This document shows, one piece after another, positions 16,892 to 24,922 of a stretch of DNA of 25,763 nucleotides. The position numbers and the translations under genes were made by a program. Origin of the DNA: Candidatus Cryosericum sp. (GTDB taxonomy: Bacteria; Caldisericota; Caldisericia; Cryosericales; Cryosericaceae); the NCBI GenBank assembly GCA_049699855.1, contig JBNAWM010000008.1:1-25763 (forward strand). Direction: 5' to 3'. The notes beneath the pieces are model-generated. The model had not been told where the DNA came from. It did not search any database and was given only the letters and a program-made list of their open reading frames with translations. Numbering within the stretch: position 1 is the first letter of the stretch; the number at the start of each line of letters is the position of its first letter.

Positions 16892-17637
16892 GCTATTCCA
16901 GGATTGCGACGTACCACGAGTGTCCCCAGAAGTTTGAACTGAAGTACATCCGGAAGATCCCTGAGCCTTCGCACTGGTACTTCAGTTACGGGAAAAGTAT
17001 TCATGCGGTGCTTGAAAGGCTGCCGTCGCTTCATGTGGGCGACAACGGTCTGCTGTACCCCGACGAGGGTTCTCTTTTCCCGACGTCTCTGTCACAACTG
17101 CTCGACGAGAACTGGCTGTCAGAAGGCTATGCGGACGCGCGCACCGAACAGCGCAAGCGACGAGAGGCTCTCCGCGTCCTCACTTCTTTCTTTCCCATTT
17201 TTCAGGCGACCAGAGATCAGACTCTCTATGTCGAACATTCCATCACGACACGTCTGGCCGGATTCGCGTTCACCGGGATCGTCGATCGCATTGACCGCGT
17301 TTCTGACACCCTCTTGCGCATTGTCGATTACAAGTCATCCAAACCTCGAAACCTATCGACACTCTCATCGCACCGCTTTCAGGTGGCGCTCTATGCAGCG
17401 GCCCTGACCCAGGAGGATGAGTTCAAGGGACAGCAGTTTATTCTCCAGACCTACTATCTGAAAGAGAACTTGAAGGCTGAATTGACTGCGGGGACACAAC
17501 TCTATATGGATAAGTCTCAAGAGGCTCTGGCAAAGACTGCTCATCGAATCCACGAGGGCGACTTCGGAGCCAGGCGAAGCAGCAAATGCATCTCGTGCGA
17601 CTATAAGGACGTTTGCCCGGTCTTCCACCGCTCCTGA
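16864..17637 (+). CDS. Stand-alone PD-(D/E)XK nuclease (RecB/AddB/Cas4-like) with four-cysteine Fe-S signature
   Basis: TTG start after GGTGGAG. LSYS...Y.ECP, G..IH..LE, GIVDRID, IVDYKS, Q..LYA, C-terminal CISCDYKDVCP. Confidence 0.85.
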   Translation: MENVLAEPLSYSRIATYHECPQKFELKYIRKIPEPSHWYFSYGKSIHAVLERLPSLHVGDNGLLYPDEGSLFPTSLSQLLDENWLSEGYADARTEQRKRREALRVLTSFFPIFQATRDQTLYVEHSITTRLAGFAFTGIVDRIDRVSDTLLRIVDYKSSKPRNLSTLSSHRFQVALYAAALTQEDEFKGQQFILQTYYLKENLKAELTAGTQLYMDKSQEALAKTAHRIHEGDFGARRSSKCISCDYKDVCPVFHRS

Positions 17638-17658
17638 AGCTACAAGAGATTTAAGACA

Positions 17659-17693
17659 AGAATCCCTGCGATTCGGGTGCTCGCAGGGATTCT
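17659..17693. terminator. Hairpin between convergent genes, probable terminator
   Basis: 13-bp inverted repeat AGAATCCCTGCGA-ttcgggtgc-TCGCAGGGATTCT with pyrimidine-rich tails on both strands. Confidence 0.7.
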
Positions 17694-17719
17694 CTTGCTG
17701 CTCTCAGGGCGGTGCTAGC

Positions 17720-18928
17720 TTACAGTTTGGCTTTCAGCAGGTCACCAAGACGATGGACGCCCTCCGTTATGTGCTCGGGATCGACCGCCGAGAAGTTGAG
17801 ACGCATATGCGTGTTGTCGTCTCTGTGGGGATAAAACGCAATGCCCACAACATAGGCGACCTTGGCAGCGATGGCTTCTCGGAAGATAGCAGCAGTGTCA
17901 ATGCCCTCTGGCGTCTTGACCCAGACAAACAGACCCCCCTCTGGGTTGGTCCAGCTGCTTCCAGTGGGAAAGTACTGCTCAAGAGCCGCAATCATTGCGT
18001 TCTTCTTCTTGGGGTACTCCTCGCGGACCACGGCCAGATATTCATCCATCCAGCCGCGGCTGATGAACTCATAGGCAATATACTGGGTCAAAGCGGGCGA
18101 ACACAGGTCTGCAGCCTGCTTTGCGATGACAATCTTGTTCATGATGTCTTCGCGCGCGACGATCCACCCCAGCCTGAGCCCCGGGAAACTGATCTTGGAG
18201 AACGTTCTGAGGGCGACGACGCGTTCCTTGCCCCCCAGTGCGAGCAGTGAAGGAATGGGATCTCCTTCAAAACGGATTTCGCCGTAAGGATCATCTTCAA
18301 TGATCAGCAGGTCATATTTGTCGGCCAGTTCAATCAACTGCCTGCGACGCTCCAGTGTCATTGTGACGCCAGCAGGATTGTGAAAGTTCGGGCACGTGTA
18401 TAAGAACTTCGGGCGGATGTTCGACTTTTGCAGTTCCTTGAGTTTCTCTTCCAGGATATCCATCTTCATTCCATCCTGGTCGAGCGGCACGGTGCAGAAG
18501 CGTGCCTGCATGCTGGCGCACGCCTGTATCGCTCCAAGGTAGGAGGGCTCCTCCACAACAACCGTGTCTCCAGGATTCACAAAGATCTGAGACACAAGAC
18601 TGAGACCCTGCTGAGATGCAGTTGAGATAATGATATTCTCAAGGCCGATCCCCTGGACTCCTTCCTTCTCCATGCGATCCATAAGCAGAACGCGCAATTT
18701 CTTGATACCCTCTGTGGAACCATATTGAAGGGCTTTCTTGCCGTATTCCCGCAGTGCATACGTGCTTGCCTCGACCACACGCTCAATCGGGAAGAAACGA
18801 TCATCGGGCATGCCCCCTGCGAGCGAGATAATCTCGGGACTGTCGATCAGCTTGAGAAGCTCTCTGATTTCGGATGGTCGAGAAGCCAGTGCCCTTTCTG
18901 AGAACAGCTCTTCTGCATTTAGCGACAT
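17720..18928 (-). CDS. PLP-dependent class I/II aminotransferase (LysN/ARO8 2-aminoadipate or aromatic transaminase-like, no HTH)
   Basis: ATG 18928 follows GGAGG. ISLAGGMP, LQYGSTEG, PNFHNPAG, EDDPY, PLP-lysine TFSKISFPGLRLGW, PEGGLF.W, RLNFS. Confidence 0.9.
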   Translation of the reverse strand: MSLNAEELFSERALASRPSEIRELLKLIDSPEIISLAGGMPDDRFFPIERVVEASTYALREYGKKALQYGSTEGIKKLRVLLMDRMEKEGVQGIGLENIIISTASQQGLSLVSQIFVNPGDTVVVEEPSYLGAIQACASMQARFCTVPLDQDGMKMDILEEKLKELQKSNIRPKFLYTCPNFHNPAGVTMTLERRRQLIELADKYDLLIIEDDPYGEIRFEGDPIPSLLALGGKERVVALRTFSKISFPGLRLGWIVAREDIMNKIVIAKQAADLCSPALTQYIAYEFISRGWMDEYLAVVREEYPKKKNAMIAALEQYFPTGSSWTNPEGGLFVWVKTPEGIDTAAIFREAIAAKVAYVVGIAFYPHRDDNTHMRLNFSAVDPEHITEGVHRLGDLLKAKL

Positions 18929-19025
18929 CGATCTGCCTCCACATTGTGATGATATCTTGGCAAGTGTCCCTTGCAAGAAACCAACAAGAACTACTTACCG
19001 ATGAAGTATATCCCGATTTGGCATA

Positions 19026-19052
19026 AGAAAAAGCCCACCAGCCGGTGGGCTT
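19026..19052 (-). terminator. Intrinsic terminator of the topB operon
   Basis: Minus strand reads AAGCCCACC-ggct-GGTGGGCTT-TTTCTT, 25 nt after the HDIG gene stop. Confidence 0.8.
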
Positions 19053-19077
19053 CAGCGCCGCGCGTCAACGGGTCATG

Positions 19078-19632
19078 CTAGAGGCCTATTGCGTCCGATA
19101 TCTCCTTCATCGAGGCAAGCCCGATGCGAACAAAATTGTAGAGATCAAGTCCCATTTCCTGGCATGCCAAGATCTGATCGCGGTTTGCTCCAGCTGCAAA
19201 GCGCTTCTCCTTGAAGCGGAGCATGACGAAGTCGGTGTCGACGGCTGACAGTTTTCTTTCCTGCCGGACAAGCGCGCAGGCGACGATCAGGCCGGACAAG
19301 GGATCGGCTGCGTACAGAGCCTTGTCCATCATGCTCTTGCGCGGCAGTCCGTGCAGACCGTTGTGTACCCGAACAGCGTAACAGATATCTTCGGGCACGC
19401 CCATGAGATGCAACTGCTCTGCGCCCACAATACTGTGCAAATTGGGCTTGTCTTTGGTCTCAGCATAATCTATATCATGGACAAGACCTGCGATGCCCCA
19501 CTTGTCGACGTCCTCATGGAAAAACGCTGCCAGTCCCCGCATGATGGCCTCGACCGCAAGCATGTGGTTTACGAGGTTCTGGGAGGGCGCGCGCTCGACA
19601 ACAATCTGGTACAGCTCGTCTCGGTTCATCAC
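19078..19632 (-). CDS. HDIG/HD-superfamily predicted metal-dependent hydrolase
   Basis: NHMLAVEAIM, GLVHDIDY, H, HN, ALYAADPLSGLIVACAL, FKEKRFAAG; GTGA overlap with the upstream gene. Confidence 0.85.
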   Translation of the reverse strand: MMNRDELYQIVVERAPSQNLVNHMLAVEAIMRGLAAFFHEDVDKWGIAGLVHDIDYAETKDKPNLHSIVGAEQLHLMGVPEDICYAVRVHNGLHGLPRKSMMDKALYAADPLSGLIVACALVRQERKLSAVDTDFVMLRFKEKRFAAGANRDQILACQEMGLDLYNFVRIGLASMKEISDAIGL

Positions 19633-20126
19633 CTAAGCTTCAGCCCTGAAACCGGGGGCTCAGAAACAACCATCTCGTTGTCATTCGCCTGCGTCTGCTC
19701 CGCAGAAAGTCCAGATTCGGAAACCATTCCCTCGACGCTTGTATCTTCATCGCCTTCAGCCAGAAGCAGACTCTCCGACCGATTCCTCCGTACCGCGAAC
19801 CAGGCTGTCAGACCAAGCATGATGATAAATGCGTAGTTCAGCGCGGTAAACAAGATGACCAGGGACAGATTGAGCCATGTCGGAAACTGAAAGTCAGGAT
19901 GGGCTGCTGCGTAATTGCTGACGTAATAGGAGATGAAGCTGCCCAACAGCCACTGAAGAGTATAATACGTCGTAACGAGTACCGTCGTGAGGAGGAGAAA
20001 CAAACTCACTTTCCCTTCCTGAGAGCGCCTGTACTGGATTGCCAGCACAAGCCCGACCACTGCCAGAAGGGCATAACCGAGATTAAAAAAGAAGTCAATG
20101 CTGAAGATCGAACTGAATGGAATCAT
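19629..20126 (-). CDS. Hypothetical membrane protein (about 3 TM helices, acidic C-terminal tail)
   Basis: Fills the gap between topB and HDIG with 4-nt overlaps at both ends; three hydrophobic stretches; E/D/S-rich tail. Confidence 0.72.
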   Translation of the reverse strand: MIPFSSIFSIDFFFNLGYALLAVVGLVLAIQYRRSQEGKVSLFLLLTTVLVTTYYTLQWLLGSFISYYVSNYAAAHPDFQFPTWLNLSLVILFTALNYAFIIMLGLTAWFAVRRNRSESLLLAEGDEDTSVEGMVSESGLSAEQTQANDNEMVVSEPPVSGLKLR

Positions 20127-22732
20127 GATGCACCGCCTTTGTCTTTGGACGTTTTGGGCGCCGTCTCTTTCGGGACTGTCGCTCTGCTAGCTGGTTTCCT
20201 GCTTGCCGGCTTCTTTGCCGGGGCTGTCTTCTTCGAGACGATTCTCTTCGCTGTATCGGTCTTTGCTGGACCAGCTGACGAAGCATCTGCGGAGGCAGAA
20301 GCCTTGCTCACGGCGGGTCGTCTTGCCTGCTTCGGCCTCTTGTTCAAAAACTCAAACTCTATCTTTCCTTTCTCACCAATCTTCAAATAGGCAGAAAATG
20401 GCTTATTGTACTTGGATACAAAGTCCTCGATCAGATCTGTCTTGCCATGTTCAAGGAGATTCCGCGCCATCTCACGATCGATGGTCTTTCCAGCATACAC
20501 CTTTTTCATCTGAAAGTGGCAGTCCGTATTCGCACACCGATAATGCTCCGTAGTTTCAATGACGGGGCTCTGGCACACCGGGCAGCGTCCCAATGGCTCC
20601 TCGTTGATAACAGGTTCAGCAGCGGCTCCTGCTGATCCCTCGGCAAACTCCCACTCCAATTTGTTGTCAGGCTTGAGCAGAAGACGAGCGCTGAATTTGA
20701 ATCCACGCTTGCTCACAAAACCGTCAAGCATCTCTGTCCGCTTTTCCGTCATGAGCTGTTTGGCTTCCTCTCTGCTGATAGGACGCCGCAGGATTGTCTT
20801 CGGTATGCTGAACTTGCAGTCGGTTTTCTTGCGTCCATGATGCTCACAGACATAGGATGAAGGGCGTTCCAGGACATTGCCTCCACAAATGGGACACACG
20901 CCGAGCGGCTCCGTCGACTCAATGCCGATCTGCGTTGGTGCATCATAGGTCTTGATCTTCTCGATCATCTGCCGCGTGAACTCCTCGATACGATCAAGGA
21001 ATTCGTCATTGTCCAGCTGCCCCTTCTCTATCTTGCGCAGACTCATCTCCCAATCTCCGGTGAGATCCGGCGCTACCAGATCAGACAACTGAATTCGCTC
21101 AAGAAGGTCAATGAGGTCCATCCCTCGCTTCGTTGCGACAAGGCTTCGCGCTTTCCGCTCGACAACTCCGGTTCTGATGAGTTTCTCGATGATTTCGGCT
21201 CGCGTGGCAGGAGTGCCCAGTCCGCGCTCCTTCAGCGCTTCGGCCAGGTCCTCATCATCAACAAGCTTTCCAGCTGTCTCCATTGCCGCGATGATCGATG
21301 CATCTGTAAATCGTGCAGGAGCTTTCGTCAATTTGCGTTCCGACTGAACCTTGAATGCCTGCACTGACGATCCATTGCGAAGATCTGGCAGGTCTCTGCT
21401 TTCGGCTTCGCGCGGAGCAACCTCCAGCCAGCCGGAAGTCTTCACGACCCTCCCGTCACTTCCAAACGTCTCACCCTCGACGACAGTCTCAACGTGCGTC
21501 AGCATCAAGACCGCTTCCGGATAGAACTGCTCAAGGAACCTGCGAACAACCAGGTCATAGACCACGCTCTCATCATGCGACAGACTGTCGCGATCCACTC
21601 GCGTCCCCGTCGGGATGATTGCATAGTGATCACTTACCTTCTCATCGTTGAAGACAAACGGCCGCATGGACCAGCGTTCTCGCTGAACATGCTGCACAAA
21701 TGGGCCGTATTCTCCTCCAGCGAGGTCACCGAGCACAGTCATGACTTCCTTTCGAAGCGCCGTGGGCAGATACTTGCTGTCAGTCCTCGGATACGTGATA
21801 GCTCGCTTCTCCTCATACAGCGACTGCGCTGCCCTCAGCGTCCGGCTGGCACTCAATCCGTTCAATCCGTTTGCTTCCCGCTGCAAGAGTCCCAGGTCGT
21901 ACAGATACGGAACCTGCATGCGACTCTCCTTCTGCACGACGGAATCAACTGTCCCTTTGTGCCCCATGCACTTCCTGGCAATTGCCTGAGCGCTCGCCTC
22001 TTCAGGAAGCCTCGTCTCAGAGCCATGGTGCCACAATCCCGCATAGACTGGCTCGCCCTGCGGCAGAACCTTAAATTCTGCTTCTATTTCAAAGTATGGA
22101 ACCGGCGTGAATGCCTGGACTTCCTTCTCACGCCTGGCAATGAGGGCAAGCACAGGGGTTTGCACGCGCCCCACGGTCACCAGCGATCCATTGCGCCGCG
22201 TCAGACCGCGTGTTGCGTTGATGCCGACAAGCCAGTCTGCCTCCGAACGGGCAAGGGCCGCTCTGCCCAGGTCGTCATACGCCGACTCCGGGCGAATCTG
22301 CTTAAACCCATCACGAATGCTCTCTGCTGTATAGGAAGACAGCCACAGACGAGAAGCGGGCTTCTTTCCCCCTGCCTGTCCATAGATGTTTCGGAAGATA
22401 AGCTCTCCCTCGCGGCCGGCATCGCACGCATTGATAACCTCGCCAACCTCTTTCGAGGTGATCAGCTTCTTCAGCGCGCTGAACCGCTCCTCAGCACCAT
22501 CCAGCACAGAGAAACGAAATTTCTCCGGGATAATCGGCAGGTAGGAGAGCAGCCACTGCTTGTACTTCTTGTCATAGTCCTCCGGCTCGGCAAGCCCGAC
22601 AAGATGTCCTACAGCCCACGAGATGATATAGTGTTCACCTTCATAGTAGTCGCGGCTTTTCTTGCAGTGATCAATGACGCCAGCAAGCTGTTCTGCTACA
22701 CTCGGCTTTTCTGCTATAACAAGCTTCTTCAC
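20123..22732 (-). CDS. topB: DNA topoisomerase III (type IA) with duplicated Zn-ribbon/C-terminal repeat and Lys/Ala-rich tail
   Basis: GTG start after AAAGGAG. IAEKPSVA, ACDAGREGELIF, GINATR, VGRVQTP, catalytic ITYPRTDS, HYAIIPT, GLGTPATRA.IIE. Confidence 0.92.
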   Translation of the reverse strand: MKKLVIAEKPSVAEQLAGVIDHCKKSRDYYEGEHYIISWAVGHLVGLAEPEDYDKKYKQWLLSYLPIIPEKFRFSVLDGAEERFSALKKLITSKEVGEVINACDAGREGELIFRNIYGQAGGKKPASRLWLSSYTAESIRDGFKQIRPESAYDDLGRAALARSEADWLVGINATRGLTRRNGSLVTVGRVQTPVLALIARREKEVQAFTPVPYFEIEAEFKVLPQGEPVYAGLWHHGSETRLPEEASAQAIARKCMGHKGTVDSVVQKESRMQVPYLYDLGLLQREANGLNGLSASRTLRAAQSLYEEKRAITYPRTDSKYLPTALRKEVMTVLGDLAGGEYGPFVQHVQRERWSMRPFVFNDEKVSDHYAIIPTGTRVDRDSLSHDESVVYDLVVRRFLEQFYPEAVLMLTHVETVVEGETFGSDGRVVKTSGWLEVAPREAESRDLPDLRNGSSVQAFKVQSERKLTKAPARFTDASIIAAMETAGKLVDDEDLAEALKERGLGTPATRAEIIEKLIRTGVVERKARSLVATKRGMDLIDLLERIQLSDLVAPDLTGDWEMSLRKIEKGQLDNDEFLDRIEEFTRQMIEKIKTYDAPTQIGIESTEPLGVCPICGGNVLERPSSYVCEHHGRKKTDCKFSIPKTILRRPISREEAKQLMTEKRTEMLDGFVSKRGFKFSARLLLKPDNKLEWEFAEGSAGAAAEPVINEEPLGRCPVCQSPVIETTEHYRCANTDCHFQMKKVYAGKTIDREMARNLLEHGKTDLIEDFVSKYNKPFSAYLKIGEKGKIEFEFLNKRPKQARRPAVSKASASADASSAGPAKTDTAKRIVSKKTAPAKKPASRKPASRATVPKETAPKTSKDKGGAS

Positions 22733-22770
22733 AACTTCTCCTTTGATGCCATACGACGATAGTGCACCTC

Positions 22771-22797
22771 ATTATACACGCAAACGACTGCGAGCAA
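22771..22797 (-). promoter_or_regulatory. Putative topB promoter
   Basis: Consensus TATAAT (22776-22771) about 38 nt upstream of the GTG. TTGCTC lies only 15 nt further up, so the -35 is uncertain. Confidence 0.45.
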
Positions 22798-22944
22798 GGG
22801 AGCATGGCTTCGCACTCAGCTGAGTGCAGTCAGCAAGAGGTTGAACACCTCTTTCGAGGGCAGAATGCATCGCTCCGACGGAGGGATGAAAGTGGGGACG
22901 ACCAATGGACAGACATGCTCATCGACAGCACAGCTCAGTGGAAC

Positions 22945-23021
22945 TGGTGCGCCCGACAGGATTTGAACCTGTAATCTACGGCTCCGGAGGCCATCGCCTT
23001 ATCCAGTTGGGCCACGGGCGC
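22945..23021 (-). tRNA. tRNA-Arg (anticodon CCG)
   Basis: Reverse complement GCGCCCG-TGGCCCAACTGGATAAGGC-G-ATGGC-CT-CCG-GA-GCCGT-AGATT-ACAGG-TTCAAAT-CCTGT-CGGGCGC-ACCA. Confidence 0.97.
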
Positions 23022-23032
23022 ATATCACGGTC

Positions 23033-23060
23033 AGTATAGCAGAAGGCCAGCCCTGTACAA
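23033..23060 (-). promoter_or_regulatory. Putative tRNA-Arg promoter
   Basis: TTGTAC(23060-23055)-16 nt-TATACT(23038-23033) with a TGn extension, 11 nt before the tRNA. Confidence 0.55.
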
Positions 23061-23072
23061 GGCCGGCCCTCT
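23041..23072 (-). terminator. Hairpin after glmS (possible terminator or processing site)
   Basis: AGAGGGCCGGCC...GGCTGGCCTTCT stem with G-U pairs on the minus strand, 22 nt after the glmS stop; weak U tail. Confidence 0.45.
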
Positions 23073-23094
23073 GCTTAGTGACTCACAAAACACG

Positions 23095-24921
23095 TCACTC
23101 AACTGTCACACTCTTTGCAAGATTCCTCGGTTGGTCCACGTCCAAACCCTTGCCATCAGCGGTGTAGTACGCGAGAAGCTGAAGCGGCAGTGCATAGACG
23201 ACAGGCGAGAAAAGCTCTTCGACCGGCGGCATCGGAATGTAGTCGGTGGCAATCCCCTGTGCCCTCGTGTCTTTCTTGTCCGCCAGAACGATGAGGGGAG
23301 AGTCTCGAGCAATGGACTCCTGGAGATTGGAATAGATCTTCTCGTAGAGCGACCCCTGCGGAAGAAGGCCCACGACCGGCACATCCTCGTCAAGCAATGC
23401 GATGGGGCCATGCTTCAGCTCGCCGGCGGCGTATCCCTCGGCATGGATATAGCTGATCTCCTTCATCTTGAGAGCGCCTTCCAGTGCGATAGGGTAGTTC
23501 ACGCCCCTGCCCACATAAATCATGTCATGGACTTTGTAGAGTTTGCGCGCAATCGTTTCCATGATGCCCGCGTACTCGAGCACCTGCTCGCACTTCTGAC
23601 TGAGACTGGACAGCTGAGATGCATAGTGCGCAGACGTCCCAGCGTCCAGCGTTCCATTGCGCTGACCAAAATTCAGAGCGATGAGATAAAAGGCAATGAG
23701 CTGTGCCATGAACGACTTCGTCGCTGCAACACCAATTTCGATGCCAGCCTGGGTGACGAAGGTCACGTCAGACTCGCGTGAGACGGTGCTTTCCGGACGA
23801 TTAGTGATGGCGACGACTTTGGCCCCGAGGTCCCGCTGTAGTCTAAGAGCGGCCAGCGTGTCGATCGTTTCACCGGACTGTGTCACCGCGATCCCCATCG
23901 TTCCCGGGCGGACAATCGGCTGCTGATAACGATATTCACTGCTGAAACTCACTTCCGTGGGGATACGCGCCAGTTCCTCCAGGAGATACTTCCCGACGCG
24001 GGACGCATGATAGGACGTCCCTGCGGCAACGATCGAAATGCGTTCTGGCACTGGCAGATTGCTGAATTCTTCCAGATCGACGCGGCCACTGTCAATATCG
24101 ATGCGACCATACAGCGTGTCTCTTATCACGACTGGCTGTTCATTGATCTCTTTCAGCATGAAATGCTTGTAGCCTTGTTTCTCGGCAGCCGAGGCATTCC
24201 ACTGAACGGTCATCGGCGTCCGATCGAAGGCGTGCCCGTCTTCAAGCGAGTAGAAGCCATATCCCTGCGTGTTGATCTCGACGATATCCCCATCATGCAG
24301 TGGGATGATACGATGAGTGTACTCGAGAAGCGCGGGCGTGTCCGAGCCAAGAATCATCTCTCCGTCGCCGACGCCCAGCACCAGAGGAGACAGCTGGCGA
24401 ACTGCCACTATGCGTCCAGGAAAAGCCTTGCCCAGAACGAGAAAAGCAAATGCCCCATCAAGCTGCAGGGCCGTCGCCCGAGCCGCATCCAGCAGATCAG
24501 CCCCGGCATCGACCTGCTCCTCCATGAGATGAGCGATAACCTCGGTGTCGGTCTCGGACACAAAGACGTGTCCCTTGCGAATCAGGTCCTCCCGCAGGAC
24601 CTGGTAGTTCTCGATGATGCCGTTGTGAATCACCGCGATCGCACCCTTGCAGTCGACGTGCGGATGGGCATTCCTGTCCTCTACCCTGCCATGAGTGGCC
24701 CATCGAGTGTGTCCCATTCCTGTCGTGGCCGTGTACTCATTTCCCTCGATGGCCTCCTCCAAGGCTTTGAGTTTGCCACGTTTCTTGATGACAACGAGCT
24801 CTCCCTTCTCCAGAATGGCCATACCGGCGGAGTCATAACCTCGATACTCCAGCTTGCGCAGTCCTTCGATGATGACGGGAACGGCCTTCCGCGGACCAAC
24901 ATAGCCTATGATTCCACACAT
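23095..24921 (-). CDS. glmS: Glutamine--fructose-6-phosphate aminotransferase (isomerizing)
   Basis: MCGIIG (catalytic Cys1), LEYRGYDSAG, HTRWATHG, HNGIIEN, ALKMKEISYIHAEGYAAGELKHGP, DQPRNLAKSVTVE. Confidence 0.98.
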   Translation of the reverse strand: MCGIIGYVGPRKAVPVIIEGLRKLEYRGYDSAGMAILEKGELVVIKKRGKLKALEEAIEGNEYTATTGMGHTRWATHGRVEDRNAHPHVDCKGAIAVIHNGIIENYQVLREDLIRKGHVFVSETDTEVIAHLMEEQVDAGADLLDAARATALQLDGAFAFLVLGKAFPGRIVAVRQLSPLVLGVGDGEMILGSDTPALLEYTHRIIPLHDGDIVEINTQGYGFYSLEDGHAFDRTPMTVQWNASAAEKQGYKHFMLKEINEQPVVIRDTLYGRIDIDSGRVDLEEFSNLPVPERISIVAAGTSYHASRVGKYLLEELARIPTEVSFSSEYRYQQPIVRPGTMGIAVTQSGETIDTLAALRLQRDLGAKVVAITNRPESTVSRESDVTFVTQAGIEIGVAATKSFMAQLIAFYLIALNFGQRNGTLDAGTSAHYASQLSSLSQKCEQVLEYAGIMETIARKLYKVHDMIYVGRGVNYPIALEGALKMKEISYIHAEGYAAGELKHGPIALLDEDVPVVGLLPQGSLYEKIYSNLQESIARDSPLIVLADKKDTRAQGIATDYIPMPPVEELFSPVVYALPLQLLAYYTADGKGLDVDQPRNLAKSVTVE

Positions 24922-24922
24922 A

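Noticed and set aside
16864..17637. CRISPR-Cas locus suggested by the Cas4-like gene
   Set aside because: No repeat-spacer array and no other cas genes in the window.
18929..19010. Riboswitch or T-box in the aminotransferase leader
   Set aside because: The leader after the putative TATACT (19010-19005) is only ~70 nt with one 5-bp hairpin and no known consensus.
21494..22762. 422-aa plus-strand ORF
   Set aside because: Antisense shadow of topB; long opposite-strand frames are common at this GC content.
22762..22974. 70-aa plus-strand ORF between topB and tRNA-Arg
   Set aside because: No SD, overlaps the topB promoter and runs antisense into the tRNA.
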